This document shows, piece by piece, positions 22,354 through 31,297 of a stretch of 64,000 nucleotides of DNA. The number at the start of each line of letters is the position of its first letter. The stretch's first letter is position 1. The notes under the pieces were generated by a model. That model searched no databases, had not been told where the DNA came from, and saw only the letters and a list, made by a program, of their open reading frames with translations. This stretch comes from Deltaproteobacteria bacterium. Lineage in GTDB: Bacteria; Desulfobacterota; Binatia; UBA12015. A program made the translations under genes and the position numbers. The stretch covers positions 32,001-96,000 of the forward strand of contig JAYGCM010000087.1 in NCBI GenBank assembly GCA_046583355.1, written 5' to 3'.

Positions 22354-25300
22354 ATGATCACCCAACCGACATATACCCTTGCGGGCCTTTTTCTTTGCGC
22401 CGCCATGCTCCTTGCCGGCGGCGCACAGGCCTCCTGCGACCTTTTTCCGGGCGTCGAGAGAACTTATGACGGCGCGCTGGGCTCGGCCAACCGTCCCTGG
22501 GCGGCACCGGGGGAGAGCCTGGAGCTGCGCCATCGCAGCTGCGATGCCCAGGGCGCGGTACCGGCACCCTTGGGTTCTGCGAATGTCGTGACCATCGCCT
22601 ACCTTGAGCCGGGCGCCACCGGTGCTTCGCTGGTCGTCCTCACCGACTCTTGCGATGCGGCATTTGCGGCCGAGGTGGCGAGTTGTACCGCAAGCAAGGG
22701 CGTGGCGGCGGCGCTTTGCGCCGAGACTGATAGCCTGATGAATGCCGGCGCGAGTAGCCTGCGTTTCGCCTTTCCCGACGCCGTCGCGCTTTTCGGTGGG
22801 GCCGGGCTCGCGGGCGCCACACGGATTGCCGTGACCCGGCGCGGCGACGCCGTGCCCTGTGATCTCGCGCGGCGTAGTTGTGACGAGATCGCCGGTGTCG
22901 ATATCTGCGTCGGTGCTTTGTTCGCGGACGCGGGGGCCTGCGATACGGGTACGCCGGCCTCGCTCTTCACGCATTTTACCGCTCTGCCGCGCCCCAACGA
23001 GTTCAGCGCGGCCTGCTTCCGCGACGAGGGACTTTGTGCGGCAACCGAGAATGAGCTCCGCTTCGTCGCCGACCAGGGCGGTAACCTGTTCTTGCCGGTT
23101 GATTGGAGCGGTGTCCTCGCCGAGCAGGATGATTTCCCCATTCCGCGCCTGGTCCGGGCCACGATCGACTCGCCGATTCCTTTCCGGATTCCCGACGAAG
23201 TCTTTGTGGCTTCCTTCACCTCTGATGGTGGCCGATTGCCGCCGATTTTCACACCACTCTTCGAGCCCAGCGCGACCGGCGACCCGGATAAGGTCGTCTT
23301 CTTCGGCTCGGCCGACGCGCCGTATACGATTCTGCGCTTCGCACACCGTCACGGTACCTGTCAGGGCGGCACGGAAGATGGCGAACTTTGTGAGGATGAA
23401 AGCACCTGCTCGGGTAGCGGCGCGGTCTGTGAGTTGGCTTGTGTGGACAACGCAGCCGAGCTCTGTCGCCGGGATTCCGATTGCTTGACAGGCGCCTGCG
23501 GCGCGCTTTTCGATGCCTCACTCTTCCTCCAGGCGACGGCGCCCTTCGCGCTGCCGCGTCCGGGGCCGGGGGTCTGCCAGTTGCCGCCGCATGATGCGTG
23601 CACGCTCGACGCCGATTGCCCGGCGAGCGGCGATGCCTGCGTTTTCTGGGCTTTGGAGGCCGGCGACGCCGTACCGCTGGACGGCATCTTGGAGACCGAC
23701 GAACTCTGGGCGTTCACCTTTGATGAGTCCATCGACGCGACCGATCGCAATGGCGACGGAGATACGGAGGATACGGTCGTCACGATACGTTCGCGTGCCA
23801 CCGCAGCCGTGACCGAGCTGGATCTTCCGGCGGCTTGTGGCGTCGGCCAGGCGGAGGGGCGCACGACGATGCGATTGCTGATCGGAGATTTTGATTTTCC
23901 TGCCGTCGCCGCGGAGGGCGAGCGCATCGCTTTTCTTGAGCCGGAAACCGATTTTGCCAGCGGCTGCGATATCGATTCGGACGGGACTCCCGCCGGCATC
24001 GCTTTGAGCACGACCGCATTGGCGGATGCAGGCCGGGTCTTCTCGGCCGGTGCCTCGGTGGACCCGGCTCTGCAGGTTGATGGCGGCGCTTTCGCGCTCT
24101 CGGGCGGCTATGCCTTCGCCCGCTTCGGTGCGATCGGTGGCGGGGCTGCCACGATCGGTGTGCTGGAGGGCAACGGTGCTTTCGCGACTTTCTGCCGTGC
24201 CGATGCCGTCGCGACCGCCGATGGCGTGGCCGCCTTCCTGCGGCCCGAGTCGGCTGTTGCGGGCAACGTGGCGTGCCCGGCTGGGCCGCTCAATGGCGAC
24301 GGCGACGCAAGCGATACGGTCGTCCATTTGCTGGCCCGCGCCAGCCACGATGGTTCCTGGACCGTGCAGAACCTCGGCCTGGCGGCCACGGCGGTCGACC
24401 TCTCAAGGGGTTGGGTAGCCGCGCTTGTGCCGGAGAGCGGCGAGCCCGGCTCCGGCAACGGCGATGGCGACAGCGACGACTCGGTGGTTTATTTGCGCGA
24501 GCGTTCGGCCGGCGCTTCCTGGCAGAATGTCGGCCTCGCCGCCGATCGTCTTCTGCTTGTGGGCGATGTGGTGGCCTTCCGAGTTCCCGAAGCCGATCAG
24601 GCGGGTACCGATCTGAACCAAGATGGCGACGCTCTGGATCGAGTATTGCACGCGATGGTGGCCGGGCGGCCGCCGGCAAACGCGCTTGCCCCGGCGGTCG
24701 ATTTCGTCCTCGGTACCGAGGCCGTGATGTGCGCCGGCAGTGACCGCATCGTACAACCCCTCGCGTTTACGACCAAGGCCGATATGAACGATGACGGCTT
24801 GGCCGACGAGGTCGAATTGCAGATCTTCAACGCCGCGACCGATGCGAATGGTTTTCTTGAGACCATGGTCGTGCGCACTGGCGCGGCCGTGCATGCTTGT
24901 GATTCTTACGCTTGCGACCCGCGCGAGCCCTTCCATGTGCAGGGTCATGAGATCCGCTTTCTCACCAACGAGGCTGACCAAGGCGTGGATCTGGACGGCG
25001 ATGGCACGGCCGATGATATTGTCCTGCAAATTTTTGATAGCTGCGCTTCCCGCACGCGGACGGTGGGTGCCTTCGACGAGGAACTCCTAGGTGCGCGGAA
25101 TCCGCTGGCGGCGCGGCCCTCGATTGTCTCGGGCGAAGTCCTGGTGCAGCAGGCCGGCCGCTGTGTCGAGCCATGGCCCGTCTGCTCGTTCGGGCAGGAA
25201 TGCCGGTGTCCGAAAGGTACCCTGCCGGCCGCAGGTGTGGTCGCGGGTAGCCCCGTCTGCGTGCATGTGGCGCCTGCGAGTTGCGACGAGGCGGCCGATT

Positions 25301-26142
25301 GCGGCAAGGCGGCTTCAGGCTTGGTGACCTGTGAAATGCGTCGCGTGGCGATTGCGGTGCAGACGGCCGATGACGACGGGGATGGCATCATCGACTCGAG
25401 GGATGATTGTGATGCCGACGGACTCGTGGGTGAATGCGTTGATGGCCTGCTCTGCCGCAAGGCGAAGGAGCGCAAGCGCCAAAGCGGTATTGATGAGCTG
25501 CGCGTGGTGGATGCCTTGGGCACACATATGGTCACACCGCGCTCGGTCGAGGTGGCCTGCCGCGCTACCGGACTCAGCGGTGCGGCGGTCAATGAGGCCG
25601 ATCGTTTGGTCAGTCGCTGGCGGATCCACACCGAGAGTTTCACGAAGATCGGCGGGGTGCGCGCCAAGGATCGTTTCGGTTTGCATGAGTTGGTCATTCG
25701 CCGCCCCTCGAGTCTTTTGCTGCCCGCAAACGAAGGTGCGGAGGCACCGGGCGTGCTGAATCGCGGCTACCAATGTTACGATGTTCGCGAGGCCCGCCCG
25801 CAGGTGAAATCGCGCAAGTTGACGCTTGCCGGCAGCGGGGAATCGGCCGCGACGCGCGCGCGCTATACGCTGAGCAGGCTCAAACGGCTCTGCCTTGTGG
25901 CAGGCGTCGGCCCTGCGGCCACGGTGCCCGACGGAACGTCATGGCTGTGCTACCGCGCCAAGCCGCAGGTCCGCCGCGCCGCGCGTCCCTGGACGGATGG
26001 AGCGACCGGAATGACCGACCTCCTTGGCGAGCATATCGTGAAGCTGGGTAGCGAGCGCGAAGTCTGCGTACGCGCGAAGATCAGCCTGGCCTCCCTCGGC
26101 GCCGGCCGCTCTCTGTTGACTTCGCGCCCGGACTGGCGCTAG
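22354..26142 (+). CDS. Large secreted Cys-rich protein with DxNGDGD Ca-binding-like repeats and a basic C-terminal domain
   Basis: 1262 aa, signal peptide ending AQA, at least 7 DxD/NGDG motifs, TSP3-like DDDGDGIIDSRDDC, small Cys clusters. Confidence 0.85.
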   Translation: MITQPTYTLAGLFLCAAMLLAGGAQASCDLFPGVERTYDGALGSANRPWAAPGESLELRHRSCDAQGAVPAPLGSANVVTIAYLEPGATGASLVVLTDSCDAAFAAEVASCTASKGVAAALCAETDSLMNAGASSLRFAFPDAVALFGGAGLAGATRIAVTRRGDAVPCDLARRSCDEIAGVDICVGALFADAGACDTGTPASLFTHFTALPRPNEFSAACFRDEGLCAATENELRFVADQGGNLFLPVDWSGVLAEQDDFPIPRLVRATIDSPIPFRIPDEVFVASFTSDGGRLPPIFTPLFEPSATGDPDKVVFFGSADAPYTILRFAHRHGTCQGGTEDGELCEDESTCSGSGAVCELACVDNAAELCRRDSDCLTGACGALFDASLFLQATAPFALPRPGPGVCQLPPHDACTLDADCPASGDACVFWALEAGDAVPLDGILETDELWAFTFDESIDATDRNGDGDTEDTVVTIRSRATAAVTELDLPAACGVGQAEGRTTMRLLIGDFDFPAVAAEGERIAFLEPETDFASGCDIDSDGTPAGIALSTTALADAGRVFSAGASVDPALQVDGGAFALSGGYAFARFGAIGGGAATIGVLEGNGAFATFCRADAVATADGVAAFLRPESAVAGNVACPAGPLNGDGDASDTVVHLLARASHDGSWTVQNLGLAATAVDLSRGWVAALVPESGEPGSGNGDGDSDDSVVYLRERSAGASWQNVGLAADRLLLVGDVVAFRVPEADQAGTDLNQDGDALDRVLHAMVAGRPPANALAPAVDFVLGTEAVMCAGSDRIVQPLAFTTKADMNDDGLADEVELQIFNAATDANGFLETMVVRTGAAVHACDSYACDPREPFHVQGHEIRFLTNEADQGVDLDGDGTADDIVLQIFDSCASRTRTVGAFDEELLGARNPLAARPSIVSGEVLVQQAGRCVEPWPVCSFGQECRCPKGTLPAAGVVAGSPVCVHVAPASCDEAADCGKAASGLVTCEMRRVAIAVQTADDDGDGIIDSRDDCDADGLVGECVDGLLCRKAKERKRQSGIDELRVVDALGTHMVTPRSVEVACRATGLSGAAVNEADRLVSRWRIHTESFTKIGGVRAKDRFGLHELVIRRPSSLLLPANEGAEAPGVLNRGYQCYDVREARPQVKSRKLTLAGSGESAATRARYTLSRLKRLCLVAGVGPAATVPDGTSWLCYRAKPQVRRAARPWTDGATGMTDLLGEHIVKLGSEREVCVRAKISLASLGAGRSLLTSRPDWR

Positions 26143-26209
26143 ATTTGGCTGGTCAGCCCCCATTGTGGCGCATTCCTGCGCCTAGCTGTCGGGGCAGAGG
26201 GACCGGCTC

Positions 26210-27892
26210 ATGCAGCATCGAAATTCGTTCGTCTGGCTACTTTCTCTTTTCCTCACCACGCTGATGGCGTGCGGCGGAAGCGATGCGCCTTTGGCGGTCG
26301 ATCCGAACTCGACCGCCGGGACCTGCGACGATGATTTCGAGAGCACCTTCGAAGCCATCCAAACCGTGCTCTTTGTGAACCAGGGTTGCACGGTGTCGGC
26401 CTGCCACGGCAGCGCTGCCGTCGGCGGTCTGGACCTGCGAGCCGATGCTGCCTACGCAGCCTTGCTCGCCGACTCGCAAGGCAGTGATCTGGCCCGCGTC
26501 GAGCCGACCAAGGTCAATAAGAGCTTTCTCTTCCATAAGCTCGCTGCCGCGGCGGCACCTGAGTTCCTGACCGAGCCGATTGCCGGCAGCGCCATGCCGA
26601 TCGGCGGCGCGATCACGACGGACCAATTGGAGGCGCTTCGTCTCTGGATCGAGGTCGGGGCTCCCGAGACGGGTGTTGTCGGCGATGAATTCGGCGGCAC
26701 CCGGATTGCCGATCTTCTCGGCACCTGCCTGCCGCCGCCGGTGCCGGTAGAGCTCGAGCCTCTGCCAGCGCCTGCGCCGGACGCCGGAATTCAGATGGTG
26801 CTGCCGCCGCATGCGGTCAAGGCCGGTGCTGAGCTCGAGATTTGCTATGGCGAATATTACGATTTCCGTCCTCAGATTCCCGACGAGTTCGAGACCGAAG
26901 ACGGAAACTGGTTCTACGTAAACGGCCAGGCGGGGCGTGCTGACCCCAATACCCATCATCTCACATTGAGCTTCTCGGGCTTTCGCGCCGACCGGGTCGC
27001 CGCACCGGAATATGGCACCTGGATTTGCGGTGGCGGTGCGATGCATGGCGAAGAATGCGACCCCTTGATCGCGGATTTCTGCGGCGAGGGCCGCTGCCAT
27101 AGTCAGATTTCTCCCGCGGTTGCTTGCATCGGCTACGGCCCCCCCGGCGGCGGCGACGGCGCGAACCCGAACAGTCGCGTGAATGCCAGTAACGGCCGTG
27201 ACGGATTCTTCGCCAAATTCCCTTCACACGGAATTTTCTATTGGAACTCGCATGCCTTCAACCTCTCCTCGCAGGATCTGATGCACCGCAGCTGGCACAA
27301 TTACTACTTTACGAACGATCTGCGTTTCGAAGAAGTGGGTTTCCAGGATACCAGCTCCATCTTTATTGCGAATGGCACGCCGGCCTTTACCCGCCAGGAG
27401 TATTGCGCGGATTATGTATTGCCGCGGGGCACGAAGCTCCTCGCGCTCGTCTCGCATACGCATAAGCGTGGTGAGCGCTTCACGATGGAGATCGAAAGCA
27501 CGGGCGAACAGGTCTACGACAATCCCTTCTGGGATGATCCGACGGTCACAAGGTACGACCCGGCCCGGCTTTTCGATTCCGAGGACCCCGCCGATCGTAC
27601 GATTCATTATTGTGCTGTCTACAATAATGGAGTGAAGCCCGACGGTTCCTTCGATGTGGATCTGGTGAAGCGCTGTTCGCGTGCGCCGGAACGCTCGGCT
27701 TGCAGGGCGACGCATTGCGCCGAAGGGTTGGTCGGGGAGACTTGCGGCGGCGTCGGCGATGACGCGAGTTGCGATACCTCACCGGGCGCCGGCGACGGCT
27801 TCTGCGATGCGGGGTCGATCACCGGAGGACTGACCAGCGATGACGAGATGTTCATCGCGCTGGGCACTCAGTTGATCGAGGCTGAAGAGTGA
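26210..27892 (+). CDS. Lipoprotein: c-type heme domain fused to a copper type II (PHM/DBH-like) monooxygenase domain
   Basis: Lipobox LMAC; CTVSACH and AMP; THHL, NSHAF, SHTH, DEMF. Confidence 0.75.
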   Translation: MQHRNSFVWLLSLFLTTLMACGGSDAPLAVDPNSTAGTCDDDFESTFEAIQTVLFVNQGCTVSACHGSAAVGGLDLRADAAYAALLADSQGSDLARVEPTKVNKSFLFHKLAAAAAPEFLTEPIAGSAMPIGGAITTDQLEALRLWIEVGAPETGVVGDEFGGTRIADLLGTCLPPPVPVELEPLPAPAPDAGIQMVLPPHAVKAGAELEICYGEYYDFRPQIPDEFETEDGNWFYVNGQAGRADPNTHHLTLSFSGFRADRVAAPEYGTWICGGGAMHGEECDPLIADFCGEGRCHSQISPAVACIGYGPPGGGDGANPNSRVNASNGRDGFFAKFPSHGIFYWNSHAFNLSSQDLMHRSWHNYYFTNDLRFEEVGFQDTSSIFIANGTPAFTRQEYCADYVLPRGTKLLALVSHTHKRGERFTMEIESTGEQVYDNPFWDDPTVTRYDPARLFDSEDPADRTIHYCAVYNNGVKPDGSFDVDLVKRCSRAPERSACRATHCAEGLVGETCGGVGDDASCDTSPGAGDGFCDAGSITGGLTSDDEMFIALGTQLIEAEE

Positions 27893-27902
27893 CGCGCGCT
27901 TC

Positions 27903-28967
27903 GTGAAGGTCGTTTTCATCATCGAGGACTCGCTGCCGAATCGGGCGGTGAGTCCTTCGACGACTCCGCATCTCTGGAAATTCATGGCGGCCGGTGCGTG
28001 CCACGCCGCCGGAGGGCGCGCGGTGCTGAGTACCGCCACTTACCCGAACCACGCGAGTTTCATCACCGGAGCCGTGCCCGAAGCACATGGGGTGGTGACC
28101 AATCGAGTCTGGGATGGCGCGCGATTCGTCTGCGCTTCCGGGATCGGGCCGACCAGCGAGACCCTCTTTGCGGCGGCGCGCCGCGCCGGCGTGTCTACCT
28201 CGGCGGTATTGGGCGACCAAAAACTTGTCGGTGTGATGGGCGCTGTCGCGGCCGACGGCCATTGGCCCCCACGGGGATTGCTTCCCGAGGGGACTCTGCT
28301 CGACGAGTTTCAATACGCGACCGACGCGGCCGTATTGGGGGCCCTCGGGGAGACCGCGGCCTTGGAGGCCGATCTTGCCGTTGTGCACCTGAATGATCCG
28401 GATACCGCCTGCCACCTCTTCGGGCCTGATTCGGAAGAAGCGCGCGTGCGTTTCCAAGCAACCGATGCGGCCTTTGGTCAGATTCTCGAAATGCTGGCAC
28501 CCGGGTGGGAAGACACGATCGTCTTTGTTGTCAGTGACCACGATCAGGAAACGATGCTCGACGAGCCGGCAATCGATCTCGCGGCCATCTTGGCGGAACG
28601 CGGTCTGCCGGGCAAGGTGGTCTCCGAAGGCACGACCGCACAGGTCGTGCAGGGCCCGACGCTTGACGAATTACGCGCGCTACCGGGCGTTACCGGGGTT
28701 GCCGCCAGCGGCAGCGGTAGGAGTCTGGTCTGGGGCGCGCCGGGAACAGCCTTCGGCACGGTCGATTGGCGCCTTAAAGGCGGCCACGGCAGTCCGCGCA
28801 CGGATACCCAGGTGGCGGCGGTCGGCGGCGGCCACCCTTTGGTCGAGCCGCTCGGCGACTCTCTGCGCGTTCGTCGCCCGGACGCGACCGATTGGGCACC
28901 GACCATGGCGGCTCTTTTGGGCTTCGCCCTGGCCGACGCAACCGGCACGCCTCTGCTCGCTTCTTGA
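27903..28967 (+). CDS. Alkaline phosphatase superfamily protein (nucleotide pyrophosphatase/phosphodiesterase-like)
   Basis: IEDSL, STATYPNH, DPDTACH, SDHDQ, GGHG metal-ligand motifs. Confidence 0.88.
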   Translation: MKVVFIIEDSLPNRAVSPSTTPHLWKFMAAGACHAAGGRAVLSTATYPNHASFITGAVPEAHGVVTNRVWDGARFVCASGIGPTSETLFAAARRAGVSTSAVLGDQKLVGVMGAVAADGHWPPRGLLPEGTLLDEFQYATDAAVLGALGETAALEADLAVVHLNDPDTACHLFGPDSEEARVRFQATDAAFGQILEMLAPGWEDTIVFVVSDHDQETMLDEPAIDLAAILAERGLPGKVVSEGTTAQVVQGPTLDELRALPGVTGVAASGSGRSLVWGAPGTAFGTVDWRLKGGHGSPRTDTQVAAVGGGHPLVEPLGDSLRVRRPDATDWAPTMAALLGFALADATGTPLLAS

Positions 28968-28997
28968 GGGCAGAGCGTCGTGCGCCTGTGGATGGTT

Positions 28998-29423
28998 TCA
29001 GCGGTAGCTGGAGATCCAATCGTCCTGGCGGCGGCACCAGTCGAGGTGCTTGCGGTCAAGCGCGGTGGCCGAGACGCGCCGATTCTCCCAGACGAAGGTG
29101 GCCTCCGCCGCGGTGAATTCGGCAAGGAAATCGCCGAAGGCTGCCGTGCGATTGGTTGCGCGCTGGCTCCGGATGGTCTCGGCTACGATCGGTGCTGCCA
29201 GCGCCTCGTAGAGTTTGCGCGATTTCGCGCGCCCGGCGAGTTTATGAAACCCGAGGACACGCGGTGCCCCGTCATTGCATAGGGTGATGGCGGCGAGCTG
29301 GTAGGGCGTGAGCTGATCTCGCCCATCGCCCTCCGCCGAGCGGTTCTCACACCCCGCCAGACCCAGCCCGAAGGCCAGCAAAGCGACCCATTGCCCACGC
29401 CTTGCCTGTCCCCGGAATCGCAC
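28998..29423 (-). CDS. Hypothetical lipoprotein
   Basis: Basic N-terminus, hydrophobic stretch, LAGC lipobox; fills the gap between flanking genes. Confidence 0.55.
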   Translation of the reverse strand: MRFRGQARRGQWVALLAFGLGLAGCENRSAEGDGRDQLTPYQLAAITLCNDGAPRVLGFHKLAGRAKSRKLYEALAAPIVAETIRSQRATNRTAAFGDFLAEFTAAEATFVWENRRVSATALDRKHLDWCRRQDDWISSYR

Positions 29424-29563
29424 GCCTTCATCCTCGCCGCTCCGGCCCCCATTTGCCACTCCCACCAACAAGCGGCCAACAAGGGGACGAATTTCGGTAC
29501 ACGTCCCCTGAAGGAGACGGGGTGGGTGGCCTTCGGTGGGGGGCTTTGGCAGGGTGGGGCGAG

Positions 29564-31294
29564 ATGGGGGATGTGCGGGGATATGGGGGGCGGGGTTTGT
29601 TGCGGGACCTTTCGGCGGGGCTTGTGGTGGCGGCGCTGGCGGTGCCGCAGGGTGTGGCCTACGCGCTGATCGCGGGGTTGCCGCCGGCGATGGGGCTTTA
29701 TGCCGCGGGGTTGCCTGCGGTTGCGGCGGGGTTGGTGCGCTCTTCGCGCTATGTCGTCGCCGGTCCCTCCAACGCGCTCTCTTTGTTGGTGGGTGGTTCG
29801 GTGGCCGCCTTGGCGGTCTCGGAGGGGACCGATCCGGTCTCTATCGCGATTGCGCTCGCCCTATGGGTGGGGCTTGTTCAGTTGGCGGCGGGCGTGCTGC
29901 GTCTGGGCGTGGCCGTGGGCTATATATCGGCTTCTGTCGTGCTCGGCTATATTGCGGGTGCGGCGACGTTGATCGTCTGGGGTCAGTTGCCGAATTTGGC
30001 CGGGAATCTGGAGATGGCGGTGGGGCTGGGCTCGGCGCTCGGCATGGTTCTGCTTGGCCGGATCGGCCGGTTCTTTCCGGCGGCGTTGGTATCGATCGGC
30101 TCGGTGACCGCCATCGCTTGGTTTGCCGAATTGCCTTTGGCGACGGTGGCGGACCTGGCAAAGGTGCCGGCCGAGTTGCCGCGGCTCACCATTCCCTTCG
30201 AGATGCCGATCGCGACGCATCTCGCGCTTTTGCCGGCTGCGATTGCTGCCTCGGTTCTTTCGCTTGTCGAGTCAACCGCTGTGGGGCGCAAGCTCGCCAG
30301 CGCGAGCGGCGAGAGGGTGGACACCAATCGCGAGATCATCGGCCAGGGTGCGGCGAATATCGCGGCCTCCTTCGTGGGTGGCTACCCGGTCAGCGGCAGT
30401 CTGGGTCGCTCGGTTCTGAATCATTCGGCGGGTGCGCAGACCCGTTTTGCGGGGATCGCCTCGGGCATTTTCGTTTTGCTCGCTGTGGTGGTCGGCGCGC
30501 CCTTGGTCGACGCCATTCCGATCGCGAGCCTTGCCGGCATGTTGCTCGTGCTGGCCTGGGGCCTGATCGATTTCCGCTCGATCCAGCGTGCCTTGCGCGG
30601 CAGCTTGGGTGACTCGGCTGCCTTGGTGGTTACCTTTGTCGGTACCTGGACGCTGCGCCTCGATCACGCGATCTACCTGGGCGTTGGCGTGAGCATCGTG
30701 CTCTTCCTGCGCCGCGCGCAGATGCTGGTCGTGCGTGAATTACAAGTCGGGACGGATGGTCGTCTATGGGAAGCCAAGGGGCGCAGTTGCCGGGTGGTGC
30801 GCGTGCTGCACGCCGAGGGGCCGCTCTTTTTCGCAGCCGCCTCCGAACTGCAAAACGCGCTCGATGCCGCGCTTGCCGACGAGAAACTCCAGGTTCTTCT
30901 GCTGCGGCTCAAGCGAACACAGGGGCTGGATCTGTCGGCCGCGCAGGTGCTTGAAGAGACGGCGGTTCGGCTGGCGGCGCGCGGCGGCCGGCTGCTTCTG
31001 GTCGGCCTGCTGCCGGACCCGATGGCGCTGCTGGCGCGCACGGGCATTGCCGCGGTGATCGGCGAGGAGAATATCTTCCCCACGCAGGCCGGTTGGTTCG
31101 TCGCGATGGATCAGGCACTCGCCGTCGCCATGGCGCATGATGATCACGAGGGTGGTTGCCCGCTTTTGGCCTATCTCGCGACGCGCGACGGGCGCCCGAT
31201 TCCCGACGGCGAGGTGCACCGCGACGATGCCGATGCGGCGCAAGCGGAGGAAGAGCATAAAGGAAGCCGCGCAGACCCTGCGCGAGAGAGGTGA
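29564..31294 (+). CDS. SulP family anion transporter with STAS domain
   Basis: AGLVVAALAVPQGVAYALIAGLPPAMGLY signature, DTNREIIGQG, SGSLGRS, GPLFFAAA STAS; start uncertain. Confidence 0.93.
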   Translation: MGDVRGYGGRGLLRDLSAGLVVAALAVPQGVAYALIAGLPPAMGLYAAGLPAVAAGLVRSSRYVVAGPSNALSLLVGGSVAALAVSEGTDPVSIAIALALWVGLVQLAAGVLRLGVAVGYISASVVLGYIAGAATLIVWGQLPNLAGNLEMAVGLGSALGMVLLGRIGRFFPAALVSIGSVTAIAWFAELPLATVADLAKVPAELPRLTIPFEMPIATHLALLPAAIAASVLSLVESTAVGRKLASASGERVDTNREIIGQGAANIAASFVGGYPVSGSLGRSVLNHSAGAQTRFAGIASGIFVLLAVVVGAPLVDAIPIASLAGMLLVLAWGLIDFRSIQRALRGSLGDSAALVVTFVGTWTLRLDHAIYLGVGVSIVLFLRRAQMLVVRELQVGTDGRLWEAKGRSCRVVRVLHAEGPLFFAAASELQNALDAALADEKLQVLLLRLKRTQGLDLSAAQVLEETAVRLAARGGRLLLVGLLPDPMALLARTGIAAVIGEENIFPTQAGWFVAMDQALAVAMAHDDHEGGCPLLAYLATRDGRPIPDGEVHRDDADAAQAEEEHKGSRADPARER

Positions 31295-31297
31295 ACG

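Noticed and set aside
26166..26179. Second sigma54-like element TGGCGCATTCCTGC upstream of the monooxygenase
   Set aside because: GG-to-GC spacing is 9 nt rather than the required 10
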